Assembly (NCBI GenBank): GCA_013416795.1
Contig: RQSC01000033.1
Location: forward strand, 228,027-247,424
Direction of reading: 5' to 3'
Origin: Prasinococcaceae sp. CCMP 1430
Taxonomy: Eukaryota > Plantae > Prasinodermophyta
DNA length: 19,398 nucleotides
Below the pieces are notes generated by a model that was not told where the DNA came from, did not search any database, and saw nothing but the letters and a program-made list of their open reading frames with translations. The position numbers and the translations under genes were made by a program. This document shows, piece after piece, positions 1-8,296 of the stretch; within the stretch, counting starts at the first letter, position 1; each line of letters starts with the position of its first letter.

Positions 1-94
<94 letters not shown>
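1..94. repeat. (AC)n microsatellite, 47 units visible, runs off the window edge
   Basis: Perfect ACAC run from 1 to 94, seen directly. Confidence 0.99.
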
Positions 95-95
<1 letters not shown>

Positions 96-248
96 GAGTC
101 TGCGCGCGCGCGCACGCACACACGCGCGACGAGCGCGCACACGCGCGCGCCGAATCGAATCTGCGAGTGCGCGCGTGCGCGCCGTCGGCGCCACTTCTCG
201 CGCGCTGCACGCGCGCGCGCGCGCGCACACACACCGCCTCGGGCCACC

Positions 249-491
249 ATGGCGGAGGTCACCCTCGACCCCGCCATCCGCTCGTGGGTGCTGTTGCCCA
301 TCACCTTCGTGATGCTCCTCATCGGGTTGTTGAGGCACCTCGTGATGCAGCTCACCAAGGCCGAGCCAAAGGTCGACGCCGACGCCGCGCGCGAGGCGCA
401 GACGGTCGCGCGCGCGGCGAGGCTGCGCGCCAACGGCGTCTTCCTGCCCGCGGCGGGGTACGCCGCCAGGAAGGCCTACTTCGCGCACAAG
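249..491 (+). CDS. EMC3: ER membrane protein complex subunit 3 (EMC3/TMEM111), first exon only; the rest is probably inside the gap
   Basis: MAEVTLDPAIRSWVLLPITFVMLLIGLLRHLV...ARLRANGVFLPAAGYAARKAYF matches the EMC3 N-terminus (LDxxIRxWVLxP plus TM helix). Start context is gccaccATGG. It ends at an AAG|GTGCGC donor (phase 0). No downstream EMC3 sequence is recognisable in any frame. Confidence 0.85.
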
Positions 492-528
492 GTGCGCGTG
501 CGTGTGCGTGTGCGTGTGCGTGTCCGCG
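492..528 (+). other. 5' part of EMC3 intron 1, containing (GCGTGT)4 at 500-523
   Basis: GTGCGC donor, identical to the PDS donor. A low-complexity repeat runs into the N gap. Confidence 0.75.
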
Positions 529-628
529 NNNNNNNNNNNNNNNNNNNNNNNNNNNNNNNNNNNNNNNNNNNNNNNNNNNNNNNNNNNNNNNNNNNNNNNN
601 NNNNNNNNNNNNNNNNNNNNNNNNNNNN
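529..628. other. Assembly gap of exactly 100 N (probably an unknown-size placeholder)
   Basis: N run. The round length suggests a placeholder, and the missing part of EMC3 (roughly 170 aa from recall) cannot fit in 100 nt. Confidence 0.9.
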
Positions 629-647
629 CAGGCGCGGGCGAGTGGCG

Positions 648-3173
648 ATGGCACGACCAAGGCGCAGGAGCGCCCGCGCCGGCGACAAGCGCGCGGCGGC
701 GCCGCCGCAGGTGATCGACGCCGCGGCTGTCCCGGCAATGAGGGTCGCCGATCTGCGCGCGGCGCTCTCCGCGCGCGGGCTGCCGATGGAAGGCGTGAAG
801 GCGCAACTCGCACAGAGGCTCGCTGAGGCGCTCGCGGCGGAGAGCCCTGGTGCCGCCGCGGCTCCAGCGGATGGGGCGCCGCCTGAATGCGGTCCGGTCG
901 CCGAGGCGCCAGCTCGTGACGCCCAGACGCGGCTCGGCGCGCGCAAGCACGCGGAGCTGCGCCAGATGTGCGCCGACCGCGGGCTTAAGACTTCGGGAAG
1001 CAAGGCCACGCTTGCGGAGCGTCTCGCGGAGGATCTCGGAGCGGCGGGCACGGGCGAAGCGCGCGTGAGCGCTGACGAGGAGGGTCGTGGGCGGGAGCAG
1101 GTCGAGCAGCAGCGGGAGAGTGAGCCTGACCGGGATGGCGCCCAGGCCGCCGATGAGGACAGCGGCGCCGCTGCTACCGCCATCGCGCTCGACGTGTCCA
1201 AGCTCAAGGTGACCGAGCTGCGCGCCGCACTGAGCAGCCGCGGCCTGGACAGCAAGGGGCTCAAGGCTGCGCTCGTGGTGCGGCTGCGCGAGGCCCTCGT
1301 GAAGGAGGCCGGGAAGGACGCGCCAGCCCCGATGGTGGAAAGCGGAGACGATGACGTGGGCCAGGATGAGGATGAGGACGAGCAGCCAAGCCCCGACGAC
1401 CTAACGGCATCGGCGCAGACGCTGACCAGCGCCACGGGAGCGGCGTACTGGCGCCGCCTCTGCCCGCACCTCAGCGTTGATGGAGAGTCCGAGGGAGACT
1501 CCGCGCCAGCTGCTACGGCGGCGGCGCAGGTCGACCTCAGCGACGAGGCCGCGCACGCGATCGCAACTGAGATCCTGAGCAATGGCTTCGCGCGCGTGGG
1601 TGACATGGCCGGCGCGGATGTGTCGCTGCCCACTGGCCAGCTCCCACACGTGTCTGCCCTTGCAGATGGCGTGCACGCGGTGGTGGATGCCGGTTGGCCA
1701 GCCAGCTTCGTGCTCATGTATGATGAGGCGTGGGCGATGCTGCGCGCGGCGAGCGCGATCGTGGAGCGCGCGAGCGGCGGTCGCCTGAGCTGCAACCTTG
1801 ACAGTCTCGCGTGGCGCGTGGACGCTGCGAAGGGCGAGGCGGGCTTCGCGCCGCATCGCGACAGGCAACCCGACAACGCGGGGGACTTCTTTTTCGAGGC
1901 TGACGACTTCCCGAAGTATGCAACCCTGTGGGTCGCGCTCACCGACGTGACGCCCGCCGGTGGATGCTTGTACGCCGTCCCCAAGGATGCCGACCCCGGC
2001 TACGCTAGCGGCGACCCTGTGGTGGACAACACCACCCGTGGCCTGCCGATGGCGTTGCGCCGCGCGCTGCCCTCGAAGGAGAGCCTACAGATGATTGCCG
2101 CTCTGCCTGTGCCGGCGGGCTCGGCGGTGGCGTTCTCTGGCCGATCCATCCACTGGGGCTCGGCCGGCTACGGGCTCCACCCACCGCCACGCATCGCCAT
2201 CAGCTTCGGCTGCTCTGATGCGGACTTCGAGGCGCCATACCTCAAGGGCGCAGGTGGATCTCTCGCCTCGACTGCCGAGCCGCCGCCGCCGAGCGTGCGT
2301 CTAGCGCTGGCCGCTGCGCAGACGCTTGTGTACCACCAGCGCTTCCCGCAGGATGCGGGCATGCTCTCGCTGTGCACTGAGGCGTTCAATCGCCATGCGG
2401 ACGACTTCGACGAGCGCTACGCCACCAAGGTGCGCGCCGAGCTTGTGGAGGCCGTCAAGGAGGCCGTTGAGAACGCGGAGGAGCTCGGCGAGGAGGTCGA
2501 GGAGCTGCTGATGGACAGGGCGCTTGACGGTGTGCTCGAGGCCAAGGGCGACGAGCTGCTGCAATTCCGCGATGACTTTGACGAGATGGAGGCGGACGGT
2601 GACAGCGAAGGGGAGCAAAGTGAGGACTACGACGATTACGACGTCTGTGTTGACTCCGACGGCGAGGATGACGAAGACGAGGAGGTCCTGCGCGCGGTGT
2701 CCAAGCGCACTCGAAACGCGCTCGATTCTCTGGACATGATGATGATGGATGAGGGCGACAGCGAGGATTCGGACGGCGAGGAGGACGACGAAGCCCAGCG
2801 CGCCGCCCTGTCCAGGCGAACTCGCCACGCACTCGACCTGGTGGACGAGATCATGGAAGACGAGGAGGAAGGCGATTCGGACGAAGAAGATGACGAGGAC
2901 GGAGATGATTACGAGGAGGACGATGAGGGTGTGGACACAGGGCACGTCGCGATCGACACCAACGGCGAGCTGAGCCACTACTCCGACCAGGACCGTCGCT
3001 CGCCGCTGGCCGCGCGTGTGCCGCTGTGGCACCCCAGGCAGCGGCTCTACATGTCCAAGGTAGGCAGGCTAGGGCGCTTCCTGTCGCGTGCGCACCGATG
3101 CCACGCGCTGCTGGATCGCAGGAAGGAACAGGCTGCCATTTTCGACGCCATATTCTCGCAATCGAGGCGGTGA
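648..3173 (+). CDS. Uncharacterised ~841-aa protein: three SAP motifs, PhyH-like 2OG/Fe(II) dioxygenase domain, long acidic C-terminus (start uncertain)
   Basis: SAP-like motifs at ~729-833 (MRVADLRAALSARGLPMEGVKAQLAQRL), ~933-1037 (KHAELRQMCADRGLKTSGSKATLAERL) and ~1194-1298 (LKVTELRAALSSRGLDSKGLKAALVVRL). PhyH-type motifs are PHRD (H1854, D1860), TLWVALTDVTPAGGCLYAVP, VPAGSAVAFSGRSIHWGS (H2151) and RIAISF (R2190). The ORF is open without gaps from 629 to TGA 3171-3173. ATG648 is the first ATG after the gap. Confidence 0.8.
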   Translation: MARPRRRSARAGDKRAAAPPQVIDAAAVPAMRVADLRAALSARGLPMEGVKAQLAQRLAEALAAESPGAAAAPADGAPPECGPVAEAPARDAQTRLGARKHAELRQMCADRGLKTSGSKATLAERLAEDLGAAGTGEARVSADEEGRGREQVEQQRESEPDRDGAQAADEDSGAAATAIALDVSKLKVTELRAALSSRGLDSKGLKAALVVRLREALVKEAGKDAPAPMVESGDDDVGQDEDEDEQPSPDDLTASAQTLTSATGAAYWRRLCPHLSVDGESEGDSAPAATAAAQVDLSDEAAHAIATEILSNGFARVGDMAGADVSLPTGQLPHVSALADGVHAVVDAGWPASFVLMYDEAWAMLRAASAIVERASGGRLSCNLDSLAWRVDAAKGEAGFAPHRDRQPDNAGDFFFEADDFPKYATLWVALTDVTPAGGCLYAVPKDADPGYASGDPVVDNTTRGLPMALRRALPSKESLQMIAALPVPAGSAVAFSGRSIHWGSAGYGLHPPPRIAISFGCSDADFEAPYLKGAGGSLASTAEPPPPSVRLALAAAQTLVYHQRFPQDAGMLSLCTEAFNRHADDFDERYATKVRAELVEAVKEAVENAEELGEEVEELLMDRALDGVLEAKGDELLQFRDDFDEMEADGDSEGEQSEDYDDYDVCVDSDGEDDEDEEVLRAVSKRTRNALDSLDMMMMDEGDSEDSDGEEDDEAQRAALSRRTRHALDLVDEIMEDEEEGDSDEEDDEDGDDYEEDDEGVDTGHVAIDTNGELSHYSDQDRRSPLAARVPLWHPRQRLYMSKVGRLGRFLSRAHRCHALLDRRKEQAAIFDAIFSQSRR

Positions 3174-3382
3174 CGAATTGGGCGACTGGTGGTAAGAAAT
3201 GCAAACGCGAATTCGGACCGTCCCCGCGCAGCCCTCATGACAGGCGACCGCGCGGCTCGGCGCCCCCTCAGTCGGCCATTCCCACCTGCAGTCAATTACT
3301 TTTCGCGCGGTGACCTCACCCCGCACCACGCTCATCCGCCAGGCTCAGGTGGCACCGCAGCCCGAAGTGCTGCGGCCTGCCA

Positions 3383-6300
3383 TCAATCGGCCATGCCTTC
3401 GTTGATCTCCGAGGGCTTCACCATCCCCGGAATCGCCAGTGCCTTTTGTCGCGCAGCCTCCGCCTCACGCGCGGCCTCCTCTGCATAAAGGTCGCTGTTG
3501 TTCGTCGCAGAGAACTCCTTGGTCTGCACGAGGAAGTCGCGCAGGTGGTTCTTGAATTGCGGCAGGTCCGCCTTGAGATGCGAGAGCCCTGCAACGAATG
3601 TTCCGACCTGCGCGGGCTGCATGTTGGGGAAGGACGTCACGAGCAACGCCTGCGCGCGCTTGGAGACGTACTCCGAGTTGCTTGGGAACTGGCCCTCCGA
3701 GGCATCCCACAGAGGCATGTTCAGCACTGGGCTCTCCGCGAGCGTGAACATGTGCTGCAGGATGAGTGCGTGCAGCTTAAACCCGGGCTTGTGGAAGGTG
3801 TCGGTAAGCACGCTGAAAATCTCCGTGAGCACTGGCATGTAGAACGCCTTGTAGAAGGGCATGGCGTGCGCCGACTTGGCGAACGAGCGCAGCAGCTCCA
3901 GCAGCAGGTTGAGCCCGGTCTCCGCGACGTTGCGCTCCGTGTGGCGGATGGCCCAGACGATGGAGTCCATCACAAGCTTTAGCTGCGACTCGTCGAGGCG
4001 AAGCAGGGTGTCGAAGCAGTTGTTGGCGATCGCGCGCAGCAACGAGAAGAACTTGAGCCGGTGGTCGGGGAAGTCCTCGAAGTTGCGCGTGATCATCTGC
4101 AGCGTGGGGTCGAACACAGCCTCGAATATGCGCGGCACGTGGCTGGTCACCTCGCCCTGGAGCCGCTCAACGATCGTGGCGAAGAGGGAGAGCACCTCGG
4201 CGTCGCGTGCGTCTGGCACGGAGCGTGCGTAGTCGCCCAGGATTGGATCCAGCATCTCCGGCACGAACTGCTGCCCGACGACCGCGCAGTCCTCCGCGCG
4301 CTCCACAAAGCACTCGATCAGCCTGAGCACCTCCTTCTTGACTGACCGCAGCAGCTTCACGATGGACGTGCGTGTGGCGTGCTGGCCGCCAGACGCAACC
4401 TGCGCCGACACGAGCTCCGAGTACAGCTTGTACACGTGAAGCATGTCGACAAAGATGAGCTGCAGCTGCGTGACGAATGGCTGGCCGAGGCTCGTGCAGA
4501 CGCCAACGTTGGTGCGCAGGATGTTCGCCAGATTCTTGATGACATTGGGGTCCTTGAGCACCTCCACGTTCGTCCGCGCTTGCCTGATGATCTGCGCCCA
4601 CGTGACGTTTGGGGGGTCCATCAAGCGCAGCAGGTACTGGTCTCTCCTCGCCTGGTCGCTCTCCGACTGCACCATCTGCCCGATCGCTTCGTAGAAGACG
4701 TGCACCTGCGCCGGCTCCAGGTCGCAGATGATTGGCTGCAGGTTGGACAGCAGCTCGTTCAAGAAAGGCTGCTGCTCGCCCATCTGCAGGATGACGAAAT
4801 TCCTCTTGCACTTCTGCGCGATTTTGAGCAGCGTGTCGACGGCCATGTCCTGCACGCCCGGATGCGACTCATGCATGAATTCGAACAGCTTGTTGACCAC
4901 CGTGCGCAGGAACTTCCAGTGCGCGCGCAAGAAGCGCGGGTACTGGCCCACCACGTACATGATGTTCGACGCGATCACCGCCTTGTGGGGCTTGCCGCGC
5001 GTCTTCTCACACAGGTTGAGCAGATCGCGGATGACGGTGACGAGGAAACGATTCTCCTGGTCTTCCGCCATGGACCCCGAAATGGATCCGATGGCCCAGC
5101 ACAGCGTGTTGAGATTGTTCCAGCTCCACTCGGTGCCGTTGAGCTGCAGCGACAGCTTGCCGATCATTTGCTGCTCGGTGTCGTCGTGGTCCAGGTGGCT
5201 CAAAAACACGAGGGTCTCCTTCATGGTCTTGTACTGCATGAGCACGTCGTTATCCTTGAGTGTCTCGCGCACAATGTTGCCGTTCTCATCCTCAACGATC
5301 AGGATCTCCTCGGGCTTTGCCATGCGCGAGATCATCAGCAGGCGCAGCTTGCTCATCGGCGCGGCGAAGAGCGTGCGCTCGGCCGCGGCCTTGGCGGCGT
5401 CGGCGCCTTGCTCCGAACGGAACGCGAACGGGCTCTCCACGTTCGGGGCGCTCGACACGCACTCCAGCTGGAAGAGGTCGCACACCAGCGAGTTCCAGTA
5501 GTCAAGGCACACCTTGAATACCTCGTCGTCGTCGATGTATGACAACTTGATCAGGTACTCGAGGCCCGTCAGGAGCAGCTGCTGGCCGGCCTGGTCCCCC
5601 TTGAGCAGACGGATGTGAGCGCGGAAAAAGCCCGCCAGGAAGAGCGCCAGGTTCTGCAGGAATGCCTGCTCTTCGTCCGTGCCATTCTCGTACGCCTCGG
5701 GGATGTTCGCGGACGGCGGTACGATGGCTTGTAGCTGCTGGACGAACACCATGTACATCTTCACGAAGTGCTGGTTGTAGTAATCGCCGACCACCAACGA
5801 GCCGATCTCGGTCAGGCACTGCAGCGCCGGGTTGCGCAGCGCTGGCTGCGGCAGTAGCCGCAGCAGAGACTCGAGCAGCTGCGACTCGAAGATGTAGCCC
5901 AGCGGGATCCAGCCCAGGAAGACGCGCAGGGTCTCCAGGGTGGCGCGCAGGAGCTCCAGCCGCTGCGAGTGCGTGAGCACCAGCTCGCACAACTCGTGGA
6001 TGAGCGCAAACTCGTTGTTGAGCGAGTTTTTCATCTCCTTGATCTTCGTCTGCGTCATTTCGCCACGCGAGAAGTCAAACACCTCCTCCGACAGCAGCTT
6101 GAGAAGCCCCATGGTATTTTCGCAGAGTGTCTCGCTCGTCTTGGACGCCCCAGTGATGTCCGCGATGAAGGTCGGCCAGTTGTGCGGCCACTCGTGCTTG
6201 AGCACCGCCACCAGCGTCAGATTGAGCTTTTGCAGCAGCGTGCGCGACGCGCGAAAGACCGCCTCGTCCGCGCTGAGCTTTATGATCATGTTGGAGAGGT

Positions 6301-6592
6301 AGTTCTTGATGCCGTCGCGCTGCTCCGCGGGCATCGTTGCCCAGCGATACTTGATCTGTCGCTCGAGGATCTGCAAGCCGTAGTACTTGGTGTCCGCATC
6401 CTGCGCCCCCTCGAGGATCGCATCCACCCGCGTCCACGCGTCTGGGTGCTCGCTTAACTGCTTGAGGGCCGCCTCGGCGGTAGCGCGCTCCGTCGGGTCC
6501 GCGCTGCGGTAGAACGCATTCACCGTGCTGTCAAGCAGCGAGACGTTGAAGGGCTGGCTGAAGTCGAGGAGCGCCTCGGCAGGGGATGCCAT
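3383..6592 (-). CDS. XPO1: Exportin-1 (CRM1), intronless, 1069 aa
   Basis: Hallmark segments WNNLNTLCWAIGSISGSM, DLLNLCE, ASNIMYVVGQYPRFLRAHWKFL, NKLFEFMHE, FKNHLRDFLVQTKEF, plus an importin-beta N-terminal region. Start context is gacgccATGG. Confidence 0.98.
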   Translation of the reverse strand: MASPAEALLDFSQPFNVSLLDSTVNAFYRSADPTERATAEAALKQLSEHPDAWTRVDAILEGAQDADTKYYGLQILERQIKYRWATMPAEQRDGIKNYLSNMIIKLSADEAVFRASRTLLQKLNLTLVAVLKHEWPHNWPTFIADITGASKTSETLCENTMGLLKLLSEEVFDFSRGEMTQTKIKEMKNSLNNEFALIHELCELVLTHSQRLELLRATLETLRVFLGWIPLGYIFESQLLESLLRLLPQPALRNPALQCLTEIGSLVVGDYYNQHFVKMYMVFVQQLQAIVPPSANIPEAYENGTDEEQAFLQNLALFLAGFFRAHIRLLKGDQAGQQLLLTGLEYLIKLSYIDDDEVFKVCLDYWNSLVCDLFQLECVSSAPNVESPFAFRSEQGADAAKAAAERTLFAAPMSKLRLLMISRMAKPEEILIVEDENGNIVRETLKDNDVLMQYKTMKETLVFLSHLDHDDTEQQMIGKLSLQLNGTEWSWNNLNTLCWAIGSISGSMAEDQENRFLVTVIRDLLNLCEKTRGKPHKAVIASNIMYVVGQYPRFLRAHWKFLRTVVNKLFEFMHESHPGVQDMAVDTLLKIAQKCKRNFVILQMGEQQPFLNELLSNLQPIICDLEPAQVHVFYEAIGQMVQSESDQARRDQYLLRLMDPPNVTWAQIIRQARTNVEVLKDPNVIKNLANILRTNVGVCTSLGQPFVTQLQLIFVDMLHVYKLYSELVSAQVASGGQHATRTSIVKLLRSVKKEVLRLIECFVERAEDCAVVGQQFVPEMLDPILGDYARSVPDARDAEVLSLFATIVERLQGEVTSHVPRIFEAVFDPTLQMITRNFEDFPDHRLKFFSLLRAIANNCFDTLLRLDESQLKLVMDSIVWAIRHTERNVAETGLNLLLELLRSFAKSAHAMPFYKAFYMPVLTEIFSVLTDTFHKPGFKLHALILQHMFTLAESPVLNMPLWDASEGQFPSNSEYVSKRAQALLVTSFPNMQPAQVGTFVAGLSHLKADLPQFKNHLRDFLVQTKEFSATNNSDLYAEEAAREAEAARQKALAIPGMVKPSEINEGMAD

Positions 6593-7028
6593 GGCGTCGG
6601 GCTAAGTGTACGCGGTGATCGATCCTCCACGCGCTCGCGCCGTGGCGTGGGGTTGCGGCTGCGCGGCCCACCACCCGCGCCCGCTCCGCCGGCGGCCGCT
6701 GGGTTGGCGTCCGCGCAAGCCGAGCGGACGCTCCTCGCGTCGGCTGATCGCCTCCACGCCCGCGCAGCGCCACCGCGTCGCCTCCCCCACCCCTTCCCCC
6801 ACCCCCGTACCCTGAGGAGGCGCAGAGGCACACCCCCGCACGCGACAGCGTACACACTTCGCGCGGCGGTCCCGCTCGCGACCCGGGCGCCGCGAGAAGC
6901 GCACGAGGGGACAGAGGGGGCGGGCGACCGGGGGAGGGGGACGGCGAGTGCGCGCTCCCCGCAGCGGCCGAACCAAAAAAAAGCGGGCGGGACGGCCGCA
7001 CGCCGCAGCGGCCGGCGGCAGCGATGCC
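6593..7028. promoter_or_regulatory. Putative bidirectional promoter / 5' UTRs shared by XPO1 and PurM, with G-tract clusters at 6784-6806 (-) and 6907-6940 (+)
   Basis: 436 bp between divergent start codons. C-tracts on the left, G-tracts on the right, and an A8 tract at 6975-6982. Confidence 0.55.
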
Positions 7029-7167
7029 ATGACTTACAAGGGCGCCGGCGTTGACATCGATGCAGGGGCGGAGCTGGTACGCCGCATTGCGGCTGCGTGC
7101 CCCGGCGTGGGTGGATTCGGAGGTCTGTTCCCGTTCGGCGATTCGTATCTCGTCGCCGGCACTGATG
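7029..7167 (+). CDS. purM: Phosphoribosylformylglycinamidine cyclo-ligase (AIR synthase), exon 1
   Basis: MTYKGAGVDIDAGAELVRRIA...GGFGGLFPFGDSYLVAGTDG, plant-type short N-terminal loop. Ends at a G|GTGCGT donor (phase 1). Confidence 0.93.
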
Positions 7168-7303
7168 GTGCGTGCTTGGCGCCTGAGGCGGCGCCGCACG
7201 CTGCGCCGCCAGCCGCATGCTGCGTTGCATGCTGACTCCCCCCTTCCGCTGCGCGCCCCCCTGCTCGCGCCGACCTTTGCACACACGCGCCCATACATGC
7301 CAG
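7168..7303 (+). other. Spliceosomal intron in purM (136 nt)
   Basis: GTGCGT...GCTGAC (7231-7236, branch-like)...CAG. Removal restores the invariant GTDGVGTK motif and gives a 975-nt CDS (324 aa). Confidence 0.93.
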
Positions 7304-8139
7304 GCGTCGGCACTAAGCTCAAGCTCGCTTTTGACATGGACAAGCACGACACCATCGGCCAGGACCTGGTGGCGATGAGCGTGAACGACATCGTGACTCT
7401 CGGCGCGGCGCCGATGTTCTTCCTTGACTACTTCGCCACCTCCAAGCTGGACGTCGACCAAGCCGAGGCGGTGATTGTCGGCATCGTGCGCGCATGCGAG
7501 GAGAGCGGCTGTGCACTTCTCGGTGGCGAGACCGCGGAGATGCCGGGGTTCTACTCGGACGGCGAATACGACCTGTCGGGCTTCGCCGTGGGCTCTGTCA
7601 AGAAGGACAAGGTGGTGGATGGCAAGCGCGTCCTGGCGGGCGATGTGCTCGTTGGACTGCCGTCGACCGGCGTGCACTCCAACGGCTTCTCGCTCGTGCG
7701 GCGCATTCTGGAGCGATCGGGCATGTCGCTCGCTGATCCGCTCCCCACGGACCCCTCGCGCAGCATTGGCGACGCGCTGCTCGCGCCGACCGCGCTTTAC
7801 GTCAAGCCCGTGCTGAGCGCCCTGGATGCGTTCGACGTGCGCGCCCTCTGCCACGTGACGGGCGGCGGGTTCACAGAGAACCTGCCGCGGGTCATGCCAG
7901 ATGGCCTCGGCTGCTCGGTGACCCGCGGCTCGTGGGCCAGCCTGCCCGTTTTTGAGTGGATTCAGCAGGCCGGAAGCGTCGAGGAGGAGGAGATGCTGCG
8001 CACCTTCAACTGCGGGGTGGGCATGGTCATGGTGATGCCAGCGGCGGACGCGCAGAGGTGCATCGAGGGTCCCGACGCCATGCCGGGTGCCACCATAATA
8101 GGCTCGGTGGTGGAGGGCGAGGGGGTCGTGTACGTGTAG
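7304..8139 (+). CDS. purM: AIR synthase, exon 2
   Basis: GVGTKLKLAF, DLVAMSVNDI, FFLDYFA, LLGGETAEMPG, GVHSNGFSLVR, HVTGGGF, MLRTFNCGVGMV; TAG at 8137-8139. Confidence 0.96.
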
Positions 8140-8296
8140 GCGCGGCGCGCATTGTCGGCACTGCGCGCCCCAAGCATGGTCGCGGCAGCGGGGCAATCGA
8201 AGACCATAGTAACAAAGGAACATTCCTACGCATGAGGTACGCTCCCTCGGATATTGATACAGATTCGGGGCCTCTTTCAGAGCTGAGCCGACCAGC

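Noticed and set aside
3060-3121. Possible late intron (AAG|GTAGGC...CAG) in the SAP-dioxygenase gene
   Set aside because: The donor differs from the GTGCG consensus, no branch motif is visible, and the ORF is open without it. It needs RNA data.
249-3173. 974-aa ORF read as one EMC3-SAP-dioxygenase protein
   Set aside because: It reads through an intron donor, a (GCGTGT)n repeat and a 100-N placeholder gap, so the continuity is not evidence.
7187-7232. Small hairpins in the purM intron (GGCGGCGC/GCGCCGCC; GCATGC twice)
   Set aside because: Stems of 6-8 bp are expected by chance in such GC-rich DNA.
7051-8139. 362-aa ORF as an unspliced PurM
   Set aside because: Its N-terminus is not PurM-like. 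The conserved N-terminus is in another frame and is joined by the 7168-7303 intron.
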